Assembly (NCBI GenBank): GCA_024695225.1
Contig: JAILIO010000139.1
Coordinates: 1 to 59,864 of the forward strand
Direction of reading: 5' to 3'
DNA: 59,864 nucleotides
Source: Lachnospiraceae bacterium
GTDB taxonomy: Bacteria > Bacillota > Clostridia > Lachnospirales > Lachnospiraceae
The position numbers and the translations under genes were made by a program. Below the pieces are notes generated by a model. It saw only the letters and a program-made list of their open reading frames with translations, did no database searches and was not told where the DNA came from. Below are positions 8,946 through 18,441 of the stretch, in pieces. Within the stretch, counting starts at the first letter, position 1, and the number at the start of each line of letters is the position of its first letter.

Positions 8946-10079
8946 ATGGTTTTAAAGAGAAGGATGGCGGCGTGCCTCGTGGCAGTGTCCCTGATATTTA
9001 CGGGATGCAGCGCAGCGGGAACAGGCGCGGATATAAAGGACCCTGCCGGCACCGGGACAGAAACCGGGACAGTACAGGAGACGGAGGCTTCAGCGACTGC
9101 GGAGAGTTCAGATACAGCTGCAGGCACAGGTGAAACATCATCTGACAACTCCGGGGCAAATGAAAGCGCAGCCCTTCAGGGTACCTCCGCAGCGGAGACT
9201 CTCCCCTATGAGGAGAGTGATATGTACTCAGGGACGGGCAGTTCATTTACCCCTGACCCCAACTTTACAGAGCTTGAGCCGGACAGTCCGGAGCACCCCT
9301 GGAAGGAGAAATATAACCAAAAGAATCCCTGCAGGATAGTGTTTCTGGGGGACAGCCTTTACGAGGTTGGGAGGGAGAGCGATTCGGTCCCCCTGAGGGT
9401 TTGGAGCGACCTCATGAATGAGGAGTTCACCTGCACAGTATACAATCTGGCCATGGGAGGCACCTGCGCGGCTCTCCAGTCAAACGAGACCAATAAGCTC
9501 GAACTCTGGGACAGCAGATCCCTCACCGGGATGGTGCATATCCTGACCGGGGATATAGACGACAGCATACTGAAGGGGTACAAGACTCAGGAGATATACA
9601 GGTCCATAGGGGATCTGCAGACCGTGGATTATTTCATAATAGGCTACGGTACCAATGATTTCCTTTCAAAGATCCCTTTGGAGCGGGAGGGCATACCTTA
9701 CGCCCACGATCCCTACGGTTACCGGGGAGCCATGAATTATGCCGTGGAGACCATGATGAGTGAGTTTCCAAACGCCAGGATACTGGTGTGCACACCCCTT
9801 TACGCCCAGTTTTTCGGGGCTGACAGGTCCTATCTTGGGGACGCTTTTTCGTACAATAACGGATATGGCACCCTTCAGGACTACATAGGAGTCTGCCACA
9901 ATGTGGCATCCTCCGCCGGAGCCATGGTGTTCAACGGATATGACAATGCGAACATAAATGTTGGCAACGCATCGGAAACCCTGATGGACGACGGGATACA
10001 CCTGACTGCCGAGGGAAGACAGAGATATGCAGATGCCATAGCGAGACTGCTTCTGGAAAATAATGACGGCAAGGGATGA
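8946..10079 (+). CDS. SGNH/GDSL-family hydrolase/acyltransferase lipoprotein
   Basis: Start ATG 8946 with GAGGGAAAG upstream. The listed start at 8868 lies upstream of the predicted promoter. Signal peptide with lipobox 'SLIFTGC'. A Thr/Ser/Ala/Glu-rich linker follows, then SGNH blocks 'IVFLGDSLYE' (I), 'IGYGTNDF' (III) and 'DDGIHLTAEG' (V). Confidence 0.8.
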   Translation: MVLKRRMAACLVAVSLIFTGCSAAGTGADIKDPAGTGTETGTVQETEASATAESSDTAAGTGETSSDNSGANESAALQGTSAAETLPYEESDMYSGTGSSFTPDPNFTELEPDSPEHPWKEKYNQKNPCRIVFLGDSLYEVGRESDSVPLRVWSDLMNEEFTCTVYNLAMGGTCAALQSNETNKLELWDSRSLTGMVHILTGDIDDSILKGYKTQEIYRSIGDLQTVDYFIIGYGTNDFLSKIPLEREGIPYAHDPYGYRGAMNYAVETMMSEFPNARILVCTPLYAQFFGADRSYLGDAFSYNNGYGTLQDYIGVCHNVASSAGAMVFNGYDNANINVGNASETLMDDGIHLTAEGRQRYADAIARLLLENNDGKG

Positions 10080-10097
10080 CAAAAGGAGGTATGGACT

Positions 10098-10352
10098 ATG
10101 ACAAGGGAAGAGGTATATGAGACTTTGAATGAGGTCTTCAGGGACGTGTTTGACGATCCGACGCTGACTGTCTGTGATGAGACTACTGCCGAGGACGTGG
10201 AGGACTGGGACTCCCTGGAGCATATAAATCTTGTGGCAGCTGTGGAGCAGGAGTTTGGCGTGAGTTTTTCTCTTGGCCAGGTGCAGTCCATGAAAAATGT
10301 TGGAGAGATGGTGGATATAATACTCAGTCAGACAGAATCAGGCGAGTTCTGA
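10098..10352 (+). CDS. Acyl/aminoacyl carrier protein (phosphopantetheine-binding, DltC-like position)
   Basis: 84 aa and acidic. 'EDVEDWDSLEHINLVAAVEQEFG' carries the DSL serine at the expected start of helix 2. AAAGGAGG lies 9 nt upstream of the ATG. Confidence 0.8.
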   Translation: MTREEVYETLNEVFRDVFDDPTLTVCDETTAEDVEDWDSLEHINLVAAVEQEFGVSFSLGQVQSMKNVGEMVDIILSQTESGEF

Positions 10353-10359
10353 CAGCCTG

Positions 10360-11817
10360 ATGTCTGTCACGTCCTTTTATTTTTTGATATTTACTGCAGT
10401 CCTGCTTGCAGTTTACTATCTTGTGCCGGAGAGGCTCCGCGCAGCCGTGTTGCTGGCTGCGGGGGGCTTTTTTGTGTATTTTGGAGGAGGCTTTAAGGCC
10501 CTCATTCTCATGGCGCTCCAGTGCCTTATAGTGTGGTTCCTGACAGCAAGGCTTTCCGAAGCACAGGGGAAAATAAGGACGGTCCTTTTTGTGATCTCGA
10601 TCGCCCTTTGCCTCTGCCCTCTGATACTCCTTAAATATATAGGGATACAGGGCTTTATGGCGCCTGTTGGGATATCCTACTACTCCTTGAGCCTTGTCAG
10701 CATGACTGCGGATGTTTATCTGGGGATGGGAAAAGCACCCGGGGTTTCGGAGGCATTGCTCTTTGGCTCTTATTTCCCGGCTCTCACCTCCGGCCCCATC
10801 CTGTATTACCGGGAAGACTCCGGGGAACTGTTGGGGCTGTACGCTTATTCCCGGGAGAATGTGCTGAGGGGGCTCCAGCGCATGCTGTGGGGGCTTATGA
10901 AAAAGCTTGTGATATCGGAGAGACTTGCCGTGATCGCAGGGGCTGTTTTCGGTGAACCTGAGACCTACGGGGCGGTCTGGCTGATCATCGGCACTTTTTC
11001 TTTCTCCTTCCAGCTGTATACCGATTTCTCCGGCTGCATGGATATCATATTGGGGCTTTCAGAAGCTCTTGGCATTCATCTTCCCGAGAATTTTGACAGG
11101 CCTTTTCTCAGCCGGACCGTGGCTGAATACTGGCGCAGATGGCATATGACCCTGGGGGCTTTCATGAAGAATTATCTGTTTTACCCCCTTCTCCGGACCC
11201 GGCTCTTTACCGGCCTGAACAGGAAACTTAAAAAGAGCATGGGGAAAAAGGCCGGCAAGACCGCAGTCACAGCCCTTGCCATGCTGGTCCTTTGGACTGC
11301 CGTGGGATACTGGCATGGGGGTGATATCAAATATGTGATAGGCTCAGGCCTTCTGCACTGGTTTTATATAGTAACAGGCGAAATTATAAATCCTAAATTT
11401 AACAAATTCTGGAAAAGGTTCTCCTTCGGCCCGGATGCCCCCTGGCTGAATGCCCTTAGAGTGGTGCGGACCTTCTGCCTGGTGAGCATAGGATTCGTGT
11501 TTTTCAGGGCAGACACCGCAGCCTCTGCAGTGGTGATATTGAAGCGCATATTCACAGGAGCTTCGGGCACCGGATCCTGGAGTGATATTGGTATGGCCGC
11601 AAAAGATACAGCTGTTATGTTAATGTTTCTTTTAATAATGATCTGCATTGAATTTATGGCAGACAGGTGCCCGGGGAAGGATATAAGGCTTAAGATATCC
11701 GGATTCAGGCTGCCGCTGCGGTGGACCATCTGGTTTGCCCTTATCTTTTCTGTCATCATATTCGGCAAATATGGACCCGGCTACGATGCAGCTGCATTTA
11801 TATATCAGGAGTTCTGA
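10360..11817 (+). CDS. MBOAT-family membrane-bound O-acyltransferase (DltB/AlgI/PatA-like)
   Basis: 485 aa and polytopic. 'AEYWRRWHMTLGAFMKNYLFYPL' and 'VGYWHGGD' match the conserved MBOAT core, including the catalytic His region. It starts 7 nt after the carrier-protein gene. Confidence 0.85.
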   Translation: MSVTSFYFLIFTAVLLAVYYLVPERLRAAVLLAAGGFFVYFGGGFKALILMALQCLIVWFLTARLSEAQGKIRTVLFVISIALCLCPLILLKYIGIQGFMAPVGISYYSLSLVSMTADVYLGMGKAPGVSEALLFGSYFPALTSGPILYYREDSGELLGLYAYSRENVLRGLQRMLWGLMKKLVISERLAVIAGAVFGEPETYGAVWLIIGTFSFSFQLYTDFSGCMDIILGLSEALGIHLPENFDRPFLSRTVAEYWRRWHMTLGAFMKNYLFYPLLRTRLFTGLNRKLKKSMGKKAGKTAVTALAMLVLWTAVGYWHGGDIKYVIGSGLLHWFYIVTGEIINPKFNKFWKRFSFGPDAPWLNALRVVRTFCLVSIGFVFFRADTAASAVVILKRIFTGASGTGSWSDIGMAAKDTAVMLMFLLIMICIEFMADRCPGKDIRLKISGFRLPLRWTIWFALIFSVIIFGKYGPGYDAAAFIYQEF

Positions 11818-13634
11818 TGAAAGCTTTTGGAAGAGAGAAGATACATATAAGGCCACAGGTGCTGGCAGTGCTGATCTTTCTGGCGCTGGTGGCAGTTTCT
11901 GCTGTGATCCTCGGTGAAGACAAAATGGTGATCGCAGTCCAGGACGATCTGGATCTGTTTCAGGCAGAGTATGCGGACCTCAGAAACACGGGCACATTCT
12001 TTTCCCAGGGGGCAGTGAGCTCTGAACTGGGTGGTGTCACAAGAGACGCCATGCCGACGGAATTGAGCCTTACAGCCCTCATCTATATGATATTCCCGCC
12101 CTTCCCGGCGTATATCGCAGTTTACATACTGAAGGTACTGATATCCGTGTTTTCCTTTGGCCTTCTTTCCTGCGAGCTGTACGGATACGGAGATAAAACT
12201 GCAGGGGCAGGGCTTTCTGCAGGGTTCCTCTACGGGATATTGAACCTGTTCCCTGCCTATGGCATTGCTTTTGCATCCGTGCCCCTTGCGGTTTATTTTT
12301 TCATAAGGCTTGTAAATACGGGCAGGAAGCGGTATCTCCTCTGTCTCTTCCTGTATCCCTTTGTCTCCTATCTGTCATATCTGGGACTGTTCATCCTCAT
12401 GTGGGCCTTTGTATTCTGGGTGATCCTGTCTGTCAGGAGAAGGAAACCGGAGCTCAAAATGCTTGCAGGTGTGATATGCCTGGGGGCAGGCTATGTCTGT
12501 TTTGAATACAGACTGGTGAGGCTGACTGTAACCGGCCCGGAATCCATAAGGTCTTTATTTACATGGCCTGATATGAGCCTTGTTGAGGCACTCGGGGAAT
12601 CCCTGGATGTGTTTCTGAAAGGGCAGATGCATTCCGATGCCGCGGTCACCTTCTTCGTGCTGCCGCTCTGCGCGATCTACCTGATATACATCATCTTCCG
12701 GAAGATGCGGCCCTCCGGCGGGGGACCTGAAGAGGGGATTTCAGGCAGGAACTTCCCGGGCGGGTCCGGAGAGGATCATACAGATGAAAAGGCCTCAGGC
12801 AAATATCTTACAGCAGAAAGTGTATTCCTGGTTTCTGCCGCAATGATCGCAGTAAACTCCGTTATATACGGGATGCAGGATATAAAGGCGGTCCGGGATC
12901 TGGTGTGGGGTATCTTCCCCTTTATGTCATCCCTTCAGTTTGACAGGGCCGTTTTCCTGAACCCATTCCTCTGGTACCTGGCATTCCTGTCTGTAATGTT
13001 GTCTGTCAGGAGAGAGGCTGTCCGCAATCTCATGGCGGCTCTGGCAGCTCTTATGATCCTCCTGCATCCCGGCACCTACAACGACATCCTGAACACCGCA
13101 AAACAGCAGGCCCTTGAAGTCCTCACAGAAAAGGAGGGGGGATCCCTGACCTACGGTGAATTCTATGACACCGAAATGTTTTGCGCCATAAGGGAGGATC
13201 TGGGCTATAATGGAGAGTGGTGCGTATGTTACGGGCTTTATCCCGCAGAACTAAACTATAACGGCTTCAGGACCCTGGACGGGTATCTGGGTTTTTATCC
13301 CCTGGAGTACAAGGAGCGTTTCAGAGAGGTCATAAAGCCTGCCCTCGACATGAACCCCTGGGCCCGGGAATATTATGACGGCTGGGGCGCCAGATGCGTT
13401 CTGTTTTCCGGGACCGGACAGAATATATGGTCCGGGGAAAGACGGTTTGACATAGAGGATTCAAATATTTATATTGATACAGAGGCTTTGAAAGCCATGG
13501 ACTGCAGGTGGCTGTTTTCCCGATACCGCCTGGAAAACGCTGAAGAAACAGGACTTTACGGCGAGCGGGTGTACAGCGGAAAAGCCCCCTACAGCGTGTA
13601 TGTGTACGGTCTGGACCCCGGGGATGAAGATTAG
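11817..13634 (+). CDS. Large polytopic membrane protein with C-terminal extracytoplasmic domain, unknown function
   Basis: ATG 11817 overlaps the MBOAT stop codon (TGATG). The listed start at 11721 lies inside the MBOAT gene. About 10 TM helices, a Gly/Glu-rich loop ('SGGGPEEGISGRNFPGGSGEDH'), and a roughly 170-aa soluble C-terminal domain ending in 'APYSVYVYGL'. Confidence 0.6.
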   Translation: MKAFGREKIHIRPQVLAVLIFLALVAVSAVILGEDKMVIAVQDDLDLFQAEYADLRNTGTFFSQGAVSSELGGVTRDAMPTELSLTALIYMIFPPFPAYIAVYILKVLISVFSFGLLSCELYGYGDKTAGAGLSAGFLYGILNLFPAYGIAFASVPLAVYFFIRLVNTGRKRYLLCLFLYPFVSYLSYLGLFILMWAFVFWVILSVRRRKPELKMLAGVICLGAGYVCFEYRLVRLTVTGPESIRSLFTWPDMSLVEALGESLDVFLKGQMHSDAAVTFFVLPLCAIYLIYIIFRKMRPSGGGPEEGISGRNFPGGSGEDHTDEKASGKYLTAESVFLVSAAMIAVNSVIYGMQDIKAVRDLVWGIFPFMSSLQFDRAVFLNPFLWYLAFLSVMLSVRREAVRNLMAALAALMILLHPGTYNDILNTAKQQALEVLTEKEGGSLTYGEFYDTEMFCAIREDLGYNGEWCVCYGLYPAELNYNGFRTLDGYLGFYPLEYKERFREVIKPALDMNPWAREYYDGWGARCVLFSGTGQNIWSGERRFDIEDSNIYIDTEALKAMDCRWLFSRYRLENAEETGLYGERVYSGKAPYSVYVYGLDPGDED

Positions 13635-13693
13635 GCGCCGGGGCCTTTATCAATAAACCCGGGTCCTGATACCCGGATATACGGAGGTGTGAA

Positions 13694-14677
13694 ATGCCTG
13701 TAAAAATCCATTGTTTCATGGGAAAGATCGGATGGGAACTGAGGAAGCGCGTGCCTTCCCTCTCCAGCGACAGCTATCTGAAGCTGCAGTTTGTGACCAG
13801 GAGAAAACTCCAGCAGCGCTACATCGAATACTTCAACAACAGCCCTGAGACCCCCAAACCCCTTGTGGTGAACATCGAGACCATAAACCGCTGCAACTCC
13901 ACCTGCGAGTTCTGCACCGCAAATAAAAACGCTGAAAAGAGACCTTTCAAGCGCATAGAGGAAGACCTTTATTATTCCATAATCGACCAGCTTGCGGACT
14001 GGGGCTACAGAGGACATCTGACGCTGTACGGCAACAATGAACCCTGGCTGGACAACAGGATAGTGGAGTTCCACAAGTACGCCAGGGAGAAGCTTCCGGA
14101 TTCATTTATATTCATGTCCACCAACGGCCTTATCCTGGATGTGGACAAGGTGAAACAGATAAAGCCCTACGTGAACCAGCTGATCATAAATAATTACAGC
14201 TACGAGATGAAGCTTCACGAGAATCTGCAGATCGTCTACAGGTATATCGAGAAGCATCCTGAGGAGTTCGAGGATGTGGATGTGCTCTTCCAGATCAGGT
14301 ATCTGGGGGAAGTCCTGACAAACAGGGCCGGCAGCGCACCCAACAAGCAGTCCACCGGGAAGATCATAACAGAGACCTGTCTCATGCCCTTTACTGACAT
14401 GTGGATCGAGCCCGACGGGAGAATGGGCATCTGCTGCTGCGACAACTTTGAGACCACATGCCTTGCGGACCTTACAAAGACTCCCTTAAAGGAAGCCTGG
14501 GAGGGAAAGCCTTACAAAGCTTTGAGGGAAGCGGTGGCCCAGGGCCGTGACAAATATCCCTTCTGCAAATACTGTGATTTCATAGATGCAGGACTCAGGA
14601 TGGACGCAGTGAAGGATGAGCTGAACCATTCGGAGGTGCTCCACGGCGCAAGACAGTCCCTGAAGAGACTTAAGTGA
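13694..14677 (+). CDS. Radical SAM enzyme with C-terminal SPASM/twitch-like Cys-rich domain
   Basis: CX3CX2C motif in 'NRCNSTCEFCTA'. 'GNNEPW' is a GGEP-like motif. C-terminal cysteines occur in 'CLMPF...GICCCDNFETTCLADL...YPFCKYCDF'. GGAGGTG lies upstream of the ATG. Confidence 0.8.
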   Translation: MPVKIHCFMGKIGWELRKRVPSLSSDSYLKLQFVTRRKLQQRYIEYFNNSPETPKPLVVNIETINRCNSTCEFCTANKNAEKRPFKRIEEDLYYSIIDQLADWGYRGHLTLYGNNEPWLDNRIVEFHKYAREKLPDSFIFMSTNGLILDVDKVKQIKPYVNQLIINNYSYEMKLHENLQIVYRYIEKHPEEFEDVDVLFQIRYLGEVLTNRAGSAPNKQSTGKIITETCLMPFTDMWIEPDGRMGICCCDNFETTCLADLTKTPLKEAWEGKPYKALREAVAQGRDKYPFCKYCDFIDAGLRMDAVKDELNHSEVLHGARQSLKRLK

Positions 14678-14710
14678 TCTTCGTAACAGCGTAAGATAAA
14701 GGCATTAGAT

Positions 14711-14742
14711 AACCCCCTTGAGAAGATATCCTCAAGGGGGTT
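14711..14742. terminator. Bidirectional intrinsic terminator between convergent genes
   Basis: Perfect 10-bp stem CCCCCTTGAG (14713-14722) / CTCAAGGGGG (14731-14740) with an 8-nt loop. It is flanked by AA and TTTGTT and sits between the stop codons at 14677 (+) and 14790 (-). Confidence 0.7.
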
Positions 14743-14789
14743 TGTTATCATCTGTTTGCGGCATCCGCTGTTCCCGCAGGTGTACGGTC

Positions 14790-16373
14790 TCAGTCCATTT
14801 CGTTGTCTTCAGGTTTTTCCTGGGCTTCGTGGTAGTCCTTCTCCGTGTTCACGCTCCAGACATTGTCCTTATTTTTCCTGCCGCTCATTATGTTGTTCAC
14901 GGCTTCGAAAGACGTGCACATGCTGTGATCTATGTTGTTGTAGCGGTGCTGACCGTTTCGCCCCACGCAGTACAGGTTTTCAATGCCTTTCAGCCAGTCC
15001 ACCAGAGTGTCTATCTCGTCATAGGTGTCAAAGTATGCGGGGTAGGCCTTCTTGACCCTCTCCACATGGGTGTCCAGCACGCAGGCGGGATCGTCTATGA
15101 TCCCCAGCTTCACCATCTCTTTTACTGCGCCTCTGGCAAACTTGGAGTCCTCCAGATTCCAGTACCTGTCCCCCTCATTTACAAAGTATTCGAGACCCAT
15201 CCACACAGTGTTCTCCAGGTCCTTTATCATGTAAGGGGACCAGTTGTTGTAGATCTGGAAACGTCCCATCTTCACGCTCCTGTCCTGCACGTAGATCCAG
15301 CAGTCAGGGATTATGTTTGAGACTGTCTTCATCTGGGTTTCATTCTTCAAAAGCAGGTTCTTCCTGGGGATCAGCACTCCCAGTGTCATGTAGTCCCTGT
15401 AGGGAAGCCCTGCGGCGATCCTGGCAGGGTCTGAGGGCACGTCGTTCATGCCTGCCACCAGGTCCTTTATGGGCATGGAGGAAATGATCACATCTCCGGA
15501 AAGCTCGTGTTCTTTCCCCTCCGGATCCGTATAGACGACTCCGGTGAGCCTGTCCCCGTCCTTTATGATCTTTACCACCTTGCTGTTTTTGAGGATATTA
15601 CCTCCCAGCTCGGACACCTTTTTCGCTGTCACATCCCAAAGCTGGCCGGGGCCTAACTTGGGATAGCTGAATTCCTCTATGAGGGATGTCTCAACCTTCC
15701 TGTTCTTCTTTCCGAAGGCCTTCCCCAGCACATCCTTGATGACCGCCACTATGGAAAGTCCCTTGACCCTCTGGGCTCCCCAGGAGGCATCGATCTCGCT
15801 GGGGTGTCTCCCCCAGAGATTCTCGGTATAGTTCTCAAAGAACATGGAATAGAGTTTCTTTCCGAAACGGTTTATGTAAAAGTTCTCAAGGTTTGTCTCC
15901 TCTTTCTTGAAGAGTACAGCCTTTATGTATGAGAATCCCACTTTTATGGTGGTGGCAAGCCCCAGAGTCTGAAGGGTCTTAAGCTTCAGGGAGATGGGAT
16001 AATCAAAGAACTTTTTGTCAAAGAATATCCTGGATACCCTGTGGCGGCGGAGCATGACCACATCTGTCTTCTCAGGGTCCGGACCGCCTTTTTTGAGCGG
16101 CATCTGCCTGCCCAGCATGATGTCGTCCTTCGTGGGACTGCCCTGGAGAGGAAGCATCTTCTCCCACCACTCATTTACCTCCGGCACTTTGGAGAAAAAT
16201 CTGTGGCCGCCCATATCCATCCTGTTGCCATGCCAGGATACGGTCTTTGAGATGCCGCCGAAGTCATTGCTCTCTTCGAGAACCGTGACTTCATAGCCGC
16301 TGTTTCTGTTCAGGAGTTCGTATGCGGCAGTGAGTCCCGCAGGACCCGCGCCTATGACTATTGCTTTTTTCAT
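14790..16373 (-). CDS. FAD/NAD(P)-dependent oxidoreductase (protoporphyrinogen-oxidase / UDP-galactopyranose-mutase superfamily)
   Basis: N-terminal dinucleotide fold '[19 protein letters not shown]...[10 protein letters not shown]' and 'GGHRFFSK'. 527 aa. It is the only minus-strand gene in this part of the locus. The specific substrate cannot be called. Confidence 0.65.
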   Translation of the reverse strand: MKKAIVIGAGPAGLTAAYELLNRNSGYEVTVLEESNDFGGISKTVSWHGNRMDMGGHRFFSKVPEVNEWWEKMLPLQGSPTKDDIMLGRQMPLKKGGPDPEKTDVVMLRRHRVSRIFFDKKFFDYPISLKLKTLQTLGLATTIKVGFSYIKAVLFKKEETNLENFYINRFGKKLYSMFFENYTENLWGRHPSEIDASWGAQRVKGLSIVAVIKDVLGKAFGKKNRKVETSLIEEFSYPKLGPGQLWDVTAKKVSELGGNILKNSKVVKIIKDGDRLTGVVYTDPEGKEHELSGDVIISSMPIKDLVAGMNDVPSDPARIAAGLPYRDYMTLGVLIPRKNLLLKNETQMKTVSNIIPDCWIYVQDRSVKMGRFQIYNNWSPYMIKDLENTVWMGLEYFVNEGDRYWNLEDSKFARGAVKEMVKLGIIDDPACVLDTHVERVKKAYPAYFDTYDEIDTLVDWLKGIENLYCVGRNGQHRYNNIDHSMCTSFEAVNNIMSGRKNKDNVWSVNTEKDYHEAQEKPEDNEMD

Positions 16374-16470
16374 TTGGCACAGAACCTTTCACATGAAAAT
16401 ATGGAATAAATTTAAGGAATAGTATATCATAGCGGCGTAAGAACTTGCAATCCAAAAAGATGCCATAACC

Positions 16471-17502
16471 ATGATAATATTCAAGCTCATATCCCTCATA
16501 TTCTGGCTGGGGCTTATCCCTTTTGGGATAGGTCTTCTCGTGTCCCTGTTTTTGCCGGAAAAGGAGATATCCATACTTTCTGTTACGGTTTCCGGTTATA
16601 TGGCCTATTGGTCTCTCTTTGAGATAACTGCTCTTCCCTTTTTGCTCCTGGGGAAGGGGGTCCCTGTGTTTGACTCTCTTTCTGCAGTGTTTGCAGTCCT
16701 GTCCGCCATGGTATCCCTTTCCGGTTACATCCTGAGAAGAGGGAAGTTAAGGGGGCTTATCCCGGATATCAGACCGGTATTCCCGGCGATCCTTTCATTT
16801 GCGGTGATCGCATTCATCCTTGTGATGAACACCCGCACTGCCTTCTTTGACGGCGATGAAGCCTACTACACCGGACAGGCTCTGGCAGCGCAGCAGACGG
16901 GATATCTGTATTACAGATCCCCCTACACCGGAACCTGGGCCTATTTTGACAGCAGGCACGCCCTGGCAATGCTCCCGGTATGGGAAGCTTTCATAGGAAA
17001 GATGAGCGGACTCCACGCAGCTGTGATAAACCACACGGTCATGAGCTTTGTGATGATCCCGCTGTCCATGGGAGCTGCGGCCCTCGCTGCAGGAACAGTC
17101 CTTAAAAAAAGAAGTTCTCTCTGTATTTTCACAGCCCTGTACGGAGCAGCCCTGGTGTTCTCCAGGATGTCCATCTACAACCGGGGGACTTTTCTCATCA
17201 CCAGGACCTCCCAGGGAAAGGCTGCCGCTGCGGGCTTCTTCATGACACTTCTACTGTGGCTTATATTTATATCCATGGAGCAGTATCGGGAAAACAGGAC
17301 ATTCCCCCTGCTTCTCATGCTGTCAGGGCCTGCGGTGGGGCTGTTCTCTTCCCTTGCGCTTCTCCTCTGCATGATGTTTTTATTTACGGCTTTTGCCCTT
17401 TACGCTATCCTTAAGAAGAGCCTGAGACCGTTGATATATGCGGGTCTCTCCTGTGTCCCGCAGTTCCTGTATCTGCTGCTCTACATGGGGGCCGGCTCAT
17501 GA
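16471..17502 (+). CDS. Polytopic integral membrane protein (N-terminal 'half' of a GT-C-like architecture)
   Basis: 343 aa and almost entirely TM helices. No Shine-Dalgarno sequence is visible upstream of the ATG. The stop overlaps the next start (ATGA). Confidence 0.5.
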   Translation: MIIFKLISLIFWLGLIPFGIGLLVSLFLPEKEISILSVTVSGYMAYWSLFEITALPFLLLGKGVPVFDSLSAVFAVLSAMVSLSGYILRRGKLRGLIPDIRPVFPAILSFAVIAFILVMNTRTAFFDGDEAYYTGQALAAQQTGYLYYRSPYTGTWAYFDSRHALAMLPVWEAFIGKMSGLHAAVINHTVMSFVMIPLSMGAAALAAGTVLKKRSSLCIFTALYGAALVFSRMSIYNRGTFLITRTSQGKAAAAGFFMTLLLWLIFISMEQYRENRTFPLLLMLSGPAVGLFSSLALLLCMMFLFTAFALYAILKKSLRPLIYAGLSCVPQFLYLLLYMGAGS

Positions 17503-18323
17503 CAGGGATAATAAGGACTTCCATAGACATATTCCGGGAGTTTGGCGGGGGCTATGGCCGCTGGATCCTTTATTTTGCAGCTCTTATTTATCTGCTCTAT
17601 GCGCTCAGGGGAAATGAAGACGAAAATGAGATGTACAGGGAGAAGAGGATCATCTTCATATGGACCCCTCTTGTGATCACCCTGCTTTTCTTTCTGCCCC
17701 CGTTTTACATCCTTTACTCAAAGGTTACGGATATTTCCACCTACTACAGGATACTGTGGCTTCTGCCCTCGGAGGTCACGGTGTGCCAGGCGGCCGTATG
17801 CCTTGTGGAGAAGGCGGGAAAGCCTGTCATAAAGGCTGCGGTGGCTATCGCCGCATGCGCACTGATCATCCTTACCGGAAAGTATACATATGATTCCGAC
17901 ATCGCATCCCGGGCGGAGAACCCATATCATCTGCCGCAGTATGTGATGGACATTTGCGACGAGATAGCCCCGGCGGATGGCAGGTATGAGGTCTGCGCCG
18001 TGTTTCCCCCGGAACTTGTCTATTATGTCAGGCAGTACCGCACGGATATAAGGCTGGTCTACGGAAGGGAAATGGTGGAGCCTGCCTGGGCGGGGGAGGG
18101 ATACAACGGGGTCTACAATGAGATGGCAGCCCCGGTGATAAATATGGACAGCCTTTTGAGAGAGGCCAGGGCATCCGAGAGAGGGCCTGTGAAATATTAT
18201 ATCCTGGGAAATGAAAGAGAGATCGACAGGGATCCCCGGGAGGCAGGGCTGATACCTCAGGCAGAGATCGGGGGCTACACTGTATACCGGGATCCTGAAG
18301 CTGAGGCGGGGACAGAGTTCTGA
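17499..18323 (+). CDS. Membrane protein with 3-4 TM helices plus soluble C-terminal domain ('second half')
   Basis: 274 aa, with N-terminal TM helices and then a roughly 150-aa soluble domain. Combined with the upstream ORF it equals the size and layout (about 617 aa) of the other large membrane proteins in this locus. Confidence 0.5.
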   Translation: MTGIIRTSIDIFREFGGGYGRWILYFAALIYLLYALRGNEDENEMYREKRIIFIWTPLVITLLFFLPPFYILYSKVTDISTYYRILWLLPSEVTVCQAAVCLVEKAGKPVIKAAVAIAACALIILTGKYTYDSDIASRAENPYHLPQYVMDICDEIAPADGRYEVCAVFPPELVYYVRQYRTDIRLVYGREMVEPAWAGEGYNGVYNEMAAPVINMDSLLREARASERGPVKYYILGNEREIDRDPREAGLIPQAEIGGYTVYRDPEAEAGTEF

Positions 18324-18336
18324 GGGAGCCCGCAGC

Positions 18337-18434
18337 TGCGCAGGCAGGTATGCTGAGTGGGTCCGGGTCCGGAAATGCGCAGGCAGGTATACTGAGAGGG
18401 TCCGGGTCCGCAGATACTCAGGCAGGTATACCGG
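18337..18434. repeat. 39-bp direct repeat, about 2.5 copies (intergenic)
   Basis: 'tgcgcaggcaggtatgctgagtgggtccgggtccgg' (18337-18372) is repeated at 18376-18411 with 3 mismatches. A partial third copy follows ('actcaggcaggtataccgg'). Confidence 0.8.
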
Positions 18435-18441
18435 ATGATAC

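Noticed and set aside
8946-14677. A DltA-type (ANL superfamily) adenylating ligase or a DltX-like micro-ORF within the carrier/MBOAT operon
   Set aside because: No ORF in or next to the operon has AMP-binding motifs (e.g. a 'SGTTG.PK'-like motif), and the intergenic gaps (18, 7 and 59 nt) leave no room. The absence is itself reported as part of a finding.
14718-15320. 200-aa plus-strand ORF (and 14756-15055) downstream of the radical SAM gene
   Set aside because: It lies entirely antisense to the well-supported FAD oxidoreductase CDS and starts inside the terminator hairpin. Its composition is biased (V/H/R/P-rich, repetitive) and it has no motif or RBS. This is a typical shadow ORF.
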